A program made the position numbers and the translations under genes. This document shows, piece after piece, positions 53,001-64,000 of a stretch of DNA of 64,000 bases. Source of the stretch: Vicugna vicugna (lineage: Eukaryota); contig MU058387.1 of NCBI GenBank assembly GCA_013265495.1, positions 1,302,001 to 1,366,000 on the forward strand, read 5' to 3'. Numbering within the stretch: the stretch's first letter is position 1; the number at the start of each line of letters is the position of its first letter. The notes below the pieces were generated by a model. That model worked only from the letters and a program-made list of their open reading frames with translations. It searched no databases and was not told where the DNA came from.

Positions 53001-53469
53001 TTAAAAGAAACTCCAATAAAGGGATTATTTAGGATCAATGGCAATGTGTTAACTCCGTAAGGTTCCATTTGCTCACTTTGGAAAAAAACTAAAATATACA
53101 CTTTATTTTCTAGTAAAAATGGACTCAAATATTAAACATCCCAACACAATTTGCCAGAGAAAAAATTCCCCTAATGGCGAATTTACACCCCAAATTGACT
53201 AAAGGCTTAACCAAAAATGATTATTTTCCCTTTTCCACATTTCGTTAGGTAAAGACCAGGAAGTGGTTACTTTACACATAAGACTTCCTAAGTCTAAAAT
53301 TATTTATCTAAAAATCTAAATGCTGTTTCTGTATGTACGCGAAACCATTGAGCAGCTGGATTTCATGCCAAACCACACCACGCCTTTGGTCTTTTCTCTT
53401 CCCACGTGAAGGCTTGGTGGCTACCCTGGTATACCTCAAGAACACTTTGCTTCTGGAAGAATCATAGTA

Positions 53470-53705
53470 ATGAAAAGAGCTAAGATTAATTGAGCATCTC
53501 CTAATGCCAGCTTAATTACACTACAGATAATATTATTTCATTTTTAAACTACAAGGAGAATTTGATGTTCTTATCATTCTTGTCCATTCAGAGAAGGAAA
53601 GCTTTTTAAGAGATGAAGTAACTTGCCCAGGGTGACCACAGAGAAAGTCAGAACCTTTCACTTTCAGAGAAAGTGGAACCTTTCAGTACCACTTCTTTAA
53701 ACTAT
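53470..53705 (-). mobile_element. MIR SINE
   Basis: 'ttgagcatctc', 'agagatgaagtaacttgcccagggtgac'. Confidence 0.7.
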
Positions 53706-56700
53706 GCAGCAAATACTGATTTGCATTTTAGCTCGTTTCTTTCCTGTTTCTCCTGCAAGAATAGACTGCCAGCCCTCAGAGGGGAAGATTTTATATTACA
53801 CTTCTTAGACTTCTCTGAACCTAAAAGCCCCTGGCTCTAGTGCTCACAGAATGAATTAAAAAATGGTGAATGAATACATAAATGAATTAATGAATACATA
53901 CTTTAAAATAATTAAATCACCTTTCAACCAAGGCAAAATTTACTGTTACCTTCACTTTTTTTATATAGTTTTTCTTTTAAGGCTGTAAATCTTTGCAGCA
54001 AAACACAGAAAGCTCATGTTTTTGTTTTGAAAATACTAGAGGGGTCTCGAAGGAACAAAGGTAAACGTTATCATTTGGATTTGAGGATGATTTGTTTTCA
54101 TTTGATGGTTATTTGGAGTCCTTCCTCAGAGACAACTCACAGGGTAGTGTGGCGTATCATAACCCTGGTTCCAGGAAGCACTGGGGCAGGAGACTAGATT
54201 TGACTTGTTAAGAGCTGGATCCTTTATGTGAACTCCCAGTTGTTGATCTAACTGTCAGCATCTTTGATATGCTCTTTGACTGACACAGGAGCTAAAATTT
54301 GTCTAGTAGTATCTAGCTTAAGCCAATTTTCTCAAAACCAAGAATGGGTGCATTTATGGCTAAATTCCACATCTTTTTTTTTTTTTGCACTTATAGTAAT
54401 GATACAGATCTCCTGGGTCCCTGTTTCCATGGTCTAGCTATAAAAACTCTGCTCCACACTATGCAATTATAGACATCTGTTCCTAGAAATGATGGAGATG
54501 GTTTGATCAAGAGTAGTCCCCAAATGTTTAAAAAATAATTCTTATCTCTCTCTTGGGACATTGAGTTTAGTGAACTTTAAAAGATTTAATATTTACAAAA
54601 TACCTGAAGCTCCCTGAAGCACTATGTAAATGTGAAAATCACAGGAACATAATCAATATATGTAAGTGCACCTCAATTAAAAAAAAAAGGCTTGAATGAG
54701 GCACAAGAGGTTGTCCATTTACCTTACTTGAACAGAATTTGCTAACACTAATCCTAGAAAAGGTTTTTCAATTTCACTTGTTTTTAAACAGTCACTTGAA
54801 AAATCCTTTTTAGTGTTTTTGAATGGTTGATGACACAAAGCTACACACAGAAATTACATTGACTCTGCAATGAGATGAGTTTTCAAAGACTTTCTTTGCC
54901 GTGAAATGAGGCAGGTCTTGAACTGACATAGTGCATCACTCAGCGGGGGCTGGGATGGAGCAGCCACCAAACGTCAACCTTGGTGATGACAGTTTACTTA
55001 GAATTCTTTGTGTTTATCCCTAAGGTCGGCAATTACCCTACACCTCTTGGTGCTGAGATTCATTTGTGAGCTACAGGGATGAGAAACATTTATCACAGCC
55101 CAAGAGCTGCTTGCTGAGGGCACGTTGAAAGGCATAATAGGCTAGACCAAGCACTCAAAAGTTTGGACGCTTATCTGCACTCCATTCAAAATCAATCTAA
55201 CTGGCTTTTGATATAATATTCTGACACTTTCCATTTAGATCTTGTATGAAAGAGCAAGGGCAGAGGCAATCAAAAATAAGATAAAAGTGTGGGGTGAGAA
55301 GAGTAAATATTGAAACTTTATGAGCATAAGAGATTCAAATTAAATTTGTTGTGAAGGTCTGAAGAGTGTCTTGATGGAAACTCTGGTTCACTATGACTGT
55401 AGCAGAGCCATTTATCATGTCTCCCTGGAAAACGCGCATAGGATAAAGTCAGCTAAGAGTCTTGTCTACACAGGCTGCCTTGTTTCTCAAGCTTCCAACT
55501 AGCTGGAATATCAGAGCTAAGATCCTTTCATCTTTTCTTTTTTCTTGTTTGTCAACAAGATCTGGTTTCTACAAGTTAGATGAACAGAATAGGCACAGCA
55601 AAGACATGAAAAGTCCCTCATCTTCATGACTCATCCTTTCCTCCTTAATTTACTGATGCTGCCCCTCGTTGCTCAGAGCACAATGCTCACTCCTTATAAT
55701 GGTGATAAAAGCATACCCGGGGTATACCCAGGGTTGGGTAAGGGAGAGCTTGGCTTCAATATCCAAGCTTCCCTCAACTATCCTCTGTGGATGTTTGGGT
55801 ATCTTAAAGAATGAATTGGTTGTGCCTTCTTCTGCATTACAATACTTATATATATAATTAATATGTTAATATTGATCCAGTGGAAGGACCAAGAATTCGG
55901 AAATAAAATCATGCTCTGAAGAGGAATCAGATCATACTGTATGAAGCATTCTAGAAGCATTTAGCTTAAGAAGTGGTTTATAAATACATAACTGGAAAGG
56001 TTGGAAAAAATATTTAGCAAGTGTTTGAGCCTCGATGGAGGAAAAAACAGAATACTTACTTAATTAATTATCTATTTATTTTTGTTGTCATTGTTTTGTT
56101 ATTTCTGCTCATTTCTATAGTAGATGCCAAGAAGAATTTCTGGACTATCACAGTGTTCAGTACCAGCTGCATTAATAGAATTCAACAAATCAGTAATAAG
56201 GTAACAAAAGCTAACACCTCAATATAAACATGGAAAAGTAATATAAGGATACAGTTAAAAAAGTAAAGCAGAGGATTAGTAAGAAGTGATATACAGTCTC
56301 ACTAGTCATCAAATATATATGTATATCTAAACATGAAATACTTTTGCCTATTAAAGTGGAAAAAATGAAAAAAATCTAGTATGATTTTGATAAAAAGTGT
56401 GGTGCGATTCCTGCTTCAGGGCAGTAATGCTCATAGTTAATTGAAATATGCATAATTTTGACATATACATTCTACTTTAAGAAATTTATCTCATGACAAA
56501 AATAAGAAAGTGGAATATATACACATATTCAAGGATATTTCTTCCAATAAAATTCATAAATAAAGGAAAAATTATGCTACATATAATCTAAATTTATGCC
56601 AAAATGGTTTGAATATATAAAGTCTGGGCATAGCTGTACACAGAACACAAGGCATACTGATCAATGCTGCTGGATATTAGCAATCTACCATTAAATCAGA

Positions 56701-57270
56701 AAGAGGTTTATGTGTACATTATGTGTACCCAAGGATGCCAAGATTTCTAATCAGTATCAATAGACGTTACATTTAAGTGTCAGGGAAAAGGCAATTCCAC
56801 CTTCATATTTTTATTTTTAGTAAATATTTTAGAAGGCTTTATACTGCATTTATAATCTGATAACTTTTATTTTGGCAATATACGTCCTTATAGAAACTTA
56901 AGAACTCTAAATCTAATCAAGTTTACTACAATCTGAAGGATCTTTAAAAGTGTGTGATCTAGAATTGGAAAGAAGGGTCCAAGAGCAATGTACATGTATA
57001 TATTTTTAGTCCTCTGACCATGCACATAATTACTTTTATTTTTTTCCCCCATGGATGAATGGATTTATTATGGTGATCTATTTTAATGTCTTTATCAGTA
57101 AAATTTTCCAACTCTTTGGTTCTGTTTGTAGGCTTCATGCCCAGGAAAAAATGAACTGAGAAGTGGATGTGAGTGTTCATTTACATTTAAACCCAATGTT
57201 ATCTGTCTCTTGTGAACCTGGCCATCCTAAACTAACCAGAACTCTGGATGGGGGAACAAACTGAGTTTCT

Positions 57271-57470
57271 TTTTTTTTTTTAATAATTTTTTTAAACACA
57301 CACTTCCTTTTTTGTTCAGACTTAAAAAAAATTGGTGAAGGAAGATAATTAGGCTATATTTACTTACTATTATTATTATTTTTTTTTTTTTTAGCAGAGG
57401 TATTGGGAATTGAACCCACAACCTCATGCATGCTGAACATGGCACTCTACCACTGAGCTATACCTTCCCC
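57271..57470 (-). mobile_element. Camelid tRNA-derived SINE (Vic-1-like)
   Basis: Minus strand reads GGGGAAGGTATAGCTCAGTGGTAGAGTG...GGGTTCAATTCCCAATACCTC (A and B boxes), then an A-rich linker and 'cctaattatcttcc'. Imperfect TSD aactgagtttct / aactgggtttct. Confidence 0.88.
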
Positions 57471-57699
57471 ACTGAACTGGGTTTCTCATCTATAAAAGTG
57501 AGGACATTGTTGGCCATCTTACCAGTAGGAGGCACTGTCACCCAGAGAGGCAGAGCTTCTCACACAGCCAGCAGATCTTCCTGTAGGATGCTGCCTCGTG
57601 TGCTAAGACTGGGGCCATCCTTACAGCTTCAGTCTTATGGGCTGGTAGGTAGCTTTCACTGTATGTCATTTACAGCATGCATGGCATAGAGTCCTCTGT

Positions 57700-58090
57700 G
57701 ATATGAAGTTCGCCTACCCCTCCAGACTCATGCCTAAATATATCCTGTCCAGTCACACCAACTAGTTGAATTTCCCTGTTTGCCATTCAAACGACCCCTT
57801 CAGCCTGACCTGCCCCTCCTTTCTGCTGTCCATTCTTCTCTGCTAGGGTTTCCTTGACGACTTGTGTCAGGTGATGGTCTGTGCTCTCATAGTTCACCAG
57901 GCATACCTCCAGTTCCACATTGCACTGCTCTATGTTGGTTTTCTTCCCTCTCTGCCTTTTAGACCCTGATTCCCTAGAAGGAAGAACCTGTCTGTTATAG
58001 ACCTAGTAAGACAATGACAGATATTAATCATTTAAGGAATATTAACACAGGAATGAATGAATGAATGATTAAATAACAGCATAAATGAAT
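57700..58090 (+). mobile_element. LINE-2 3' end
   Basis: 'ctagaaggaagaacctgtctg' followed by a (gaat)n tail. Confidence 0.6.
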
Positions 58091-58394
58091 AATAATAAAA
58101 AAAATAGGTTGTTCTCCCTTCAAAGATAAAATCATCTTGGTACTAACAGGTACTCCATCCAATTCTGATTTGAGGAAACAATACTGTAATTATGATGAAA
58201 GATAAGGTAATCAACACAGCCCTTTAATACATGAAATAGAGCATTTTTTGACTCTGAATGTTTTAAGTGCTATGTCTTTTACTCTAAGTATTACAAAATG
58301 TTTTAAGCTATAGGAGGAAAAAAAACAACACATAAATCCTGAGCAGATAATTAACATGTTATTATGGCAAGCCATTCTGTTTACATTGTTTTCA

Positions 58395-58700
58395 CATCAT
58401 TCACTGTAAATATTTACTTGGAGCCCACTACGTGTAAGGTATTGTTCTAGGAGTTAAGGATACACAAGTGAGTAAGATCAACTAAGTCCATGACCTGAAA
58501 ATGCCCACACTGGAAGCAATGGGGAAATAGTCAATAACGAAATAAATAAACCTACAAATGATATAATTTAAACATAATGAATAATGGAAGTAACAGCGTG
58601 CTATGACAAAGATAACTGAGGACACATGGTGTTTCTGATTTAGAATAGGTGGTTGCAGAGGGCTGATCTCAGGCGGTGATCATTAAATTCTTGACCTGGA
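58395..58700 (-). mobile_element. LINE-2 3' end (antisense)
   Basis: 'aaatatttacttggagcccactacgtgtaaggtattgttctagg...gatacacaagtgagtaaga'. Confidence 0.75.
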
Positions 58701-60158
58701 TAGTAACAGAGTCTAGAAATTTCCCTTTCTCTACTTGATCATGACTTTGACTTCCTAGTCCTAAATCTACACTGAATTTGATAATTTCCAAAAATAATGT
58801 TATGGTTGATTGAGAAAAAATCCCTCAGAAGATGCAATTTCAAGATTACACTTGTTTCTTATTTCTTGAATCTTCCTAAAGCTGTCAGATTTCAGGCTTC
58901 TGTTGTCTTGACATTCCGAGATGCAACTTTCTTCTTTGTGCTAGTTAATTGGTGACATGTTTGCTATTTTTCAGTGATTGCACCAGACCCATGGGCACAG
59001 TGGGATGCTTGTCTTCTACATTTGCACTTCTTGTCAAGAAAAAATAACAACAACAAGCTCAAGTTTTTGAAACTGATGAAGCAAACCATCATTTCTCTGG
59101 CTTTAGAGGAAATATTTCTTCAAATTTCACAAAGCTGTTCAGGTTTGTTACATCTCTTAAATAATATTAACATGTCAGGTCTCTTTTGCACCCACCCTGT
59201 ACAAGATGTAAGTAGGTCATCTATCCAATGAAAGTATACCAATAATAAATTCTATGGCTTGCCATATAATATGGGGTCAACAATTATTGATTTCACTTAG
59301 CATTTTTCTAGACTATTTTGTGTTTAATATGGTTGTCTTCTTCAACAAATGGGTTACTTATAAGAGAAATTCATAATTGGACATAAAAACCTTCTGATAG
59401 TCTAACTCTTCACAATTTAGTGATGTTGCCATGAGGGAGACTTGAGATGGAAGGCTGAAGAAGCATGCAAGAAAAATGACATCAGTCAAGTGACACATTT
59501 GCCATTTCTTTCAAAATATTGTCTCTGATGTCACACACCCCACTTACTCTCACCAAAAATAAGTAAATAAATAAGTAAGTAAATAAATACATAAATATTC
59601 AGAAAATGAAAAAATAAAACAAAACCCCACATAAACGCAAAGCACACACAAAGAACGAAGTGGACACACATATACCCTCAAATGCACACACATAATTAAT
59701 CCACAGGCTAGAAGAATTAACAGCATCATTTCCTATTTCAGCTTAGACAGCAATTGTAACAATCTTTAGACCTCCAAAGTTTCAAAACGGTAAATCCCTT
59801 GATGGTTTCTTGGACAGTTCCTAAAAGAGCCAAGAGTCTCATGCCCTCTCCAACTCTCACACTTAGAGATGTTTTCTTCTTCCCCTTCATTTGGCAACTA
59901 ATCCCTCATTACCATGTCTGCATCTCTGATATTGATACCTTGAAGTGTTACATAAACAGTTTATTTCCCGCAGCAGTTCTCCCCATCTTCCTCCTTCATG
60001 TCCTCCGGAGCACTCGGCTTCAGAGAAGCTCAGTTCATGTTGATGCTTCTCTATTCTCTTGTCGATAATTCAATTCTTGAATATAGACATGCAAATATAT
60101 CATTACAAGTTTTAATCATTAATCAATGAAGACAACAAAAGGTCAGAGAGGACTTATC

Positions 60159-60201
60159 TGAAGAAGTAACACTTAAGGTGAAGAAGTAACACTTAAGGTG
60201 A
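60159..60201. repeat. Perfect 20-bp tandem duplication within an L2 remnant
   Basis: tgaagaagtaacacttaagg twice, plus tga. Confidence 0.95.
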
Positions 60202-60379
60202 GCAGTTGGGCAAGGAACACTCCAGGTAGACTGAAAAGCAGGAAATGAAAGAATCCCTCTGTGGCTGGTGATCAGAGAGCAAGAGGAAATCCTGGTCAGA
60301 TTATCCTAGAAGACATCGCAGAAGCCACATTAGGTTGCTGTTTGTAGGACAGGCTATAGATTTTCAATTGTATTCCAAG

Positions 60380-60727
60380 TGCTAAAAGATAAACTGAGGC
60401 ACATTAAAAATGTTAGTTTTATTTGAAAAAACATTGACTGATTACAATCTGCAGCAACAAACCAGAAGTGGTTATTAGCGCTCAGCCCAAGGAAGATTGT
60501 GGGCAAGTGTTTTCTAAAGCTAACGCAAAGAAATGATTTGATTGGCTCTAGCTTAAGCAGTTGGGTTGCATTATTTAGGAAAGCCTCGTAGGCTGTTTGT
60601 GATTGGTTTTCTTCTTAACCTTGAGGCATTTACAGGAATTGACTCTGGCTTAAGCTTCAGTTTGCTTTAGTAGATAAAGCATTAGGGCCACTTCAATCTA
60701 ATGCCTTCCTGTTTGATTATTTTAACA
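60380..60727 (-). mobile_element. ERV1-like solo LTR inserted in an L2
   Basis: TG...CA termini, 4-bp flanks caag / caaa, two CCAAT boxes and an AATAAA on the minus strand. L2 sequence resumes afterwards. Confidence 0.75.
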
Positions 60728-60899
60728 CAAATGTAACAGGAAGCTAGTAAAGGATATTATGGGGAGAGTAGAATTTTGCATGTTAAAATAATGCTAGGTT
60801 GTGTTTTCCTCTTGACTCAAGGTCTTATTGCTTCCTTTCCTGGGCAACCAACTTCAAATACAGCTTGTGTTGTACTTTATTCAGAGTTATAATTACAAT

Positions 60900-61090
60900 C
60901 ATACAATCACTGCTCTTCATGGAGAGCTTGCTGTGTGCATCTCACATTTTCATATGTACCATTTATTATCATCACAAAACCCCTGGTGATAGAGGTGTTA
61001 ATATTCTCATTTCAAAGATAAGGAAACTCAGGGCTGGAGACGTTAAATAGTTTGCCATGTTTATCCCAGATCTGACTCTGAGTTTCAATG
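60900..61090 (-). mobile_element. MIR SINE
   Basis: 'tcacaaaacccc', 'attctcatttcaaagataaggaaactcagggctggagacgttaaatagtttgcc'. Confidence 0.75.
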
Positions 61091-61869
61091 TGGGATATGG
61101 CCTACATCCTCCACAAACCACACTGTCTTCCTCTTCTCACCCCAGTCACATCTGAACTCATTAAGGTAGTCTTTAACACCTATCAGACTATATTCTTATA
61201 CCTACATTTATCTCTTCTGTTCCCATCAGAATAAACTTGACTTGATCTTTTTCCCTTCCCTACTCATCCCCATCGGTCAGTCCTTCCGACACATGACGTG
61301 CTTACTCTATCACCTTCAGTAATAGTATCCTAGCAAAAGTGCTGGTCAGCAGAAAAGTTCAGTTTCAGTCCTGCCTCTTCCACTAATTGGGCCTCACCGA
61401 CACTCAGGATGTTTTCTTTAAAGTCAAAAAAATCTCTAGCTCACCTACCCTCTAGGAATGGAGTGAAGGGTACATGAAATGTTGAACATGGACATTTTGT
61501 TTTAACTCACACTATACAAGTGTACATTTTATTTTGTATCTTGTTTAAGACTCTTTCCTTATTCAGTGATGATTTCCTCCCATCCTCCATCTGTCCAAAG
61601 GCGACCATGTCCAAGAACCGAGAGGAAGAAGATGCTGTGAACGATAAATCTTTTCACATCAAACTTAACTGCTGTGTTCTTCGTTTGCACTCTCATATCC
61701 ACACCAAATTAAGAACAAGTTATTATATTTTACTGTGTTTTCCCAGTGCATAAATCATACTTGGCTATCAGTGATGCAAAATCTGTCCAAGGGTTGTGTT
61801 TTCCGCCATCTACATCCCCACCAGGCCAGTCATGGTATTGCTAGAAAAGCTAAGATGAGCAGTTCGGAG

Positions 61870-62080
61870 AACAGGTCCCACCAACATACTGATCTGAGTT
61901 GAAACCCTGGCTCTGATACTTATTCCCTGGATAATGTTGGGTAAAAAAAAAAAAAAAACCCCAAAATATTAGCCTCAGTTTTCTCATCTGTAAAATGGAT
62001 TTCACATGAATTACATTTTTCTAGGTTGTGAAGTTTAAGTCAGGAAAAAAAAGGGTAATACAGTGGCTTCCTTTCTAGTA
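61870..62080 (+). mobile_element. MIR SINE
   Basis: 'ctgagttgaaaccctggctctgatactta', 'gcctcagttttctcatctgtaaaatgg'. Confidence 0.8.
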
Positions 62081-63529
62081 ACTACTATCATAATTCTCTT
62101 TGTTTTAGATGTTGTAGTGCCTGTTTTTGTGTAACTCATTATCATTAGGTTCCGGAAGCTCAGTTAATGTGTGCTTGCTAAATAATTAAACATACCACCT
62201 GTTCCTCAGGACTTCTGTGACCTAGTATTAGTGGGTATATCCGTGTGTACACTTTAAGCAATTGATCTGATCAGAATTTTTTTATAATAGCTACTTCCAA
62301 TCAGCTTAAGGTAAATCATAACCAGTTTGCCTGAAGCCTGAAACGAAAGAAGTTGCTTTCTGTTTGGCCAGCTTATAACACCATTGCCCACAGACTAAAA
62401 GCATTATAATTTACTTTTAAATGATTATTATCAGTTGGTATCACTATATTTTGGTGTATTTAATAATTTAAAAGTCAGTACTTATACCAAGTGTTATTGT
62501 TCATGGAATATTGAAATAGCACAGCTGAGGAAGTGGAGCTGAATATTGCATTACTGGTTGATTTACTAGAGATGAATGGTGGTCAAACGGAAGAGCAAGT
62601 GTCTTTTTGCCAAACTGTGAAAGCAGAGTATGGAATTGCTCCCATGTAACTATGTAAAGAATGCACCTGCAAACGATTTAGGTTGTCATCCTTAATCTCT
62701 GAAATTTTTAAACTAAATATTAATTATTCCATAATACCACATTAAATTCATCATAAATTTTGCCTTATGAATATTTTGAATCCTCTTACCTTTTTATAAG
62801 TAAGTGATAGAGAAAATCTTAGGGATAAAATATTAAGTACTTTAAATAAGGAAAACTTTGGAAACACATTTCAAAAATTCTGTATGCCTTTGTAACTATA
62901 TTAATAAATTTGATTTAAAAGGGTTTAGTCATGTCAATTTCTGTTTATATTCATGGGATTACACTGATGGCTGGATTTGAGAATGGAGTGTTTTTAAAGG
63001 ACATTGTGAACATAATTTAGCTTCTAGCTATTTTGTAATTGGAGAGTTCACTGCATTAATCAGATTTGTCTTCAGAGCTTGTGTAACAGAGATTACCATT
63101 GCTTCAGAATTTCTCAGAACAGAGGTCAATCTAGCCAAGAAGCTCTTTGAAACTTTTTGTTTTTAAAGTCTCCAAATATATTCAACACTTGAAGCATAAG
63201 TGGAGACTAAGATCAATTTAACTTTCTCTTCTTCAATTCACTTTCCTTTTCCCTTCCATCTCTTTGTCTTTGCCCCTCTTCTTGCTCTTTCTTTTCCTTC
63301 CCTCTTCTACAAGTAAATCTTGCAGAAAATGTGGAATAAACACATGGAACAGAAACAGAGATCCCTGAGCTTAAGAACTCTGTCAAAGTCCCATAAACAA
63401 GGGCCCAGTGTGGAGTGTAACTAATTAACCCTCATTCTACTGTCTTTAGCTTACCCTGCAGCTGAGAGTGAAGGTGAAAACAAATGCTGTTCTTGAGAAT
63501 GGATTGGGGAGCTGGGTTGGTCAGAATGC

Positions 63530-63980
63530 CTGCCATCAAAACGAACTTCTTCTGTTGCATAGCTGCGTGACACTGGGGAAGTTGTTTTATCTCTCCCCAC
63601 TTCCATTTCCTCATCTATAAAGCAATGATAATACATGAGGTTTTGTGAGTGTTAAGCTAATCTACATAATCACTTAAACCCAAAACATAATGTGTGGTCA
63701 ACAAGTACTAGCTATCGTTATGATGTTCTCATTTGTATTATTGATCTGTAGGAGCACAGGTAGGGAGATGGAAATTTCAGAAGACAAAATAGCCTGCCAA
63801 GAGGAGTCAGATTAAGAAGGTAGCATCTTTAATACTCCAGTTCCTCACCTGGAAAAATAGAGTAATTATAGTGTCTACTACAGAGTTGTTTTAAAGACTC
63901 CATGAATTAGTGCACTTGAAGCATTTAATCCAGTGACTTGCACATGGTGAACACTTGAAAAATAGTTGCTATTATGATAA
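63530..63980 (+). mobile_element. Two MIR SINE fragments
   Basis: 'agctgcgtgacactggggaagtt...tttcctcatctataaa' and 'cagttcctcacctggaaaaatagagtaat...ttgcacatggtgaacac'. Confidence 0.7.
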
Positions 63981-64000
63981 TAGCAGTGACAAATAAAATG

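Noticed and set aside
57395..57470. tRNA gene on the minus strand
   Set aside because: The tRNA-like head continues into an A-rich SINE tail with a TSD, and the stems are degenerate; it is a SINE.
61607..61753. ATG in a fair Kozak context (gcgaccATG) opening MSKNREEEDAV...
   Set aside because: Short, no homology recognised, no promoter or splice support.
1..64000. CRISPR arrays, operons or other prokaryotic systems
   Set aside because: The sequence is mammalian repeat-rich non-coding DNA with no repeat-spacer arrays or long ORFs.

Overview
AT-rich mammalian non-coding DNA (intron or intergenic), almost certainly camelid (Camelus/Vicugna/Lama), based on a Vic-1-like tRNA-derived SINE at 57271-57470 and several young L1 3' ends of camelid type. 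I recognise no protein-coding gene; the supplied ORFs look like chance or repeat-derived frames. Much of the window is decayed transposons: L2, MIR, old L1/HAL1, MaLR MLT1, ERVL MLT2, other LTRs, a Tigger1 derivative, MER5A and MER45A. The clearest non-TE feature is a 3'-truncated, tailless 7SK retropseudogene at 1830-2072. The best-supported oddities are retrotransposition footprints: a twin-primed inverted L1, a SINE extended past its terminator, a four-level TE nest and a mini-MaLR provirus. More speculative candidates are an RFX/CRE-rich regulatory and exon region near 22.6-23.5 kb and a hairpin micro-exon near 45.4 kb. I found no convincing new biological system. Repeat family names come from remembered consensus sequences, not a database search, and boundaries of old repeats are approximate.
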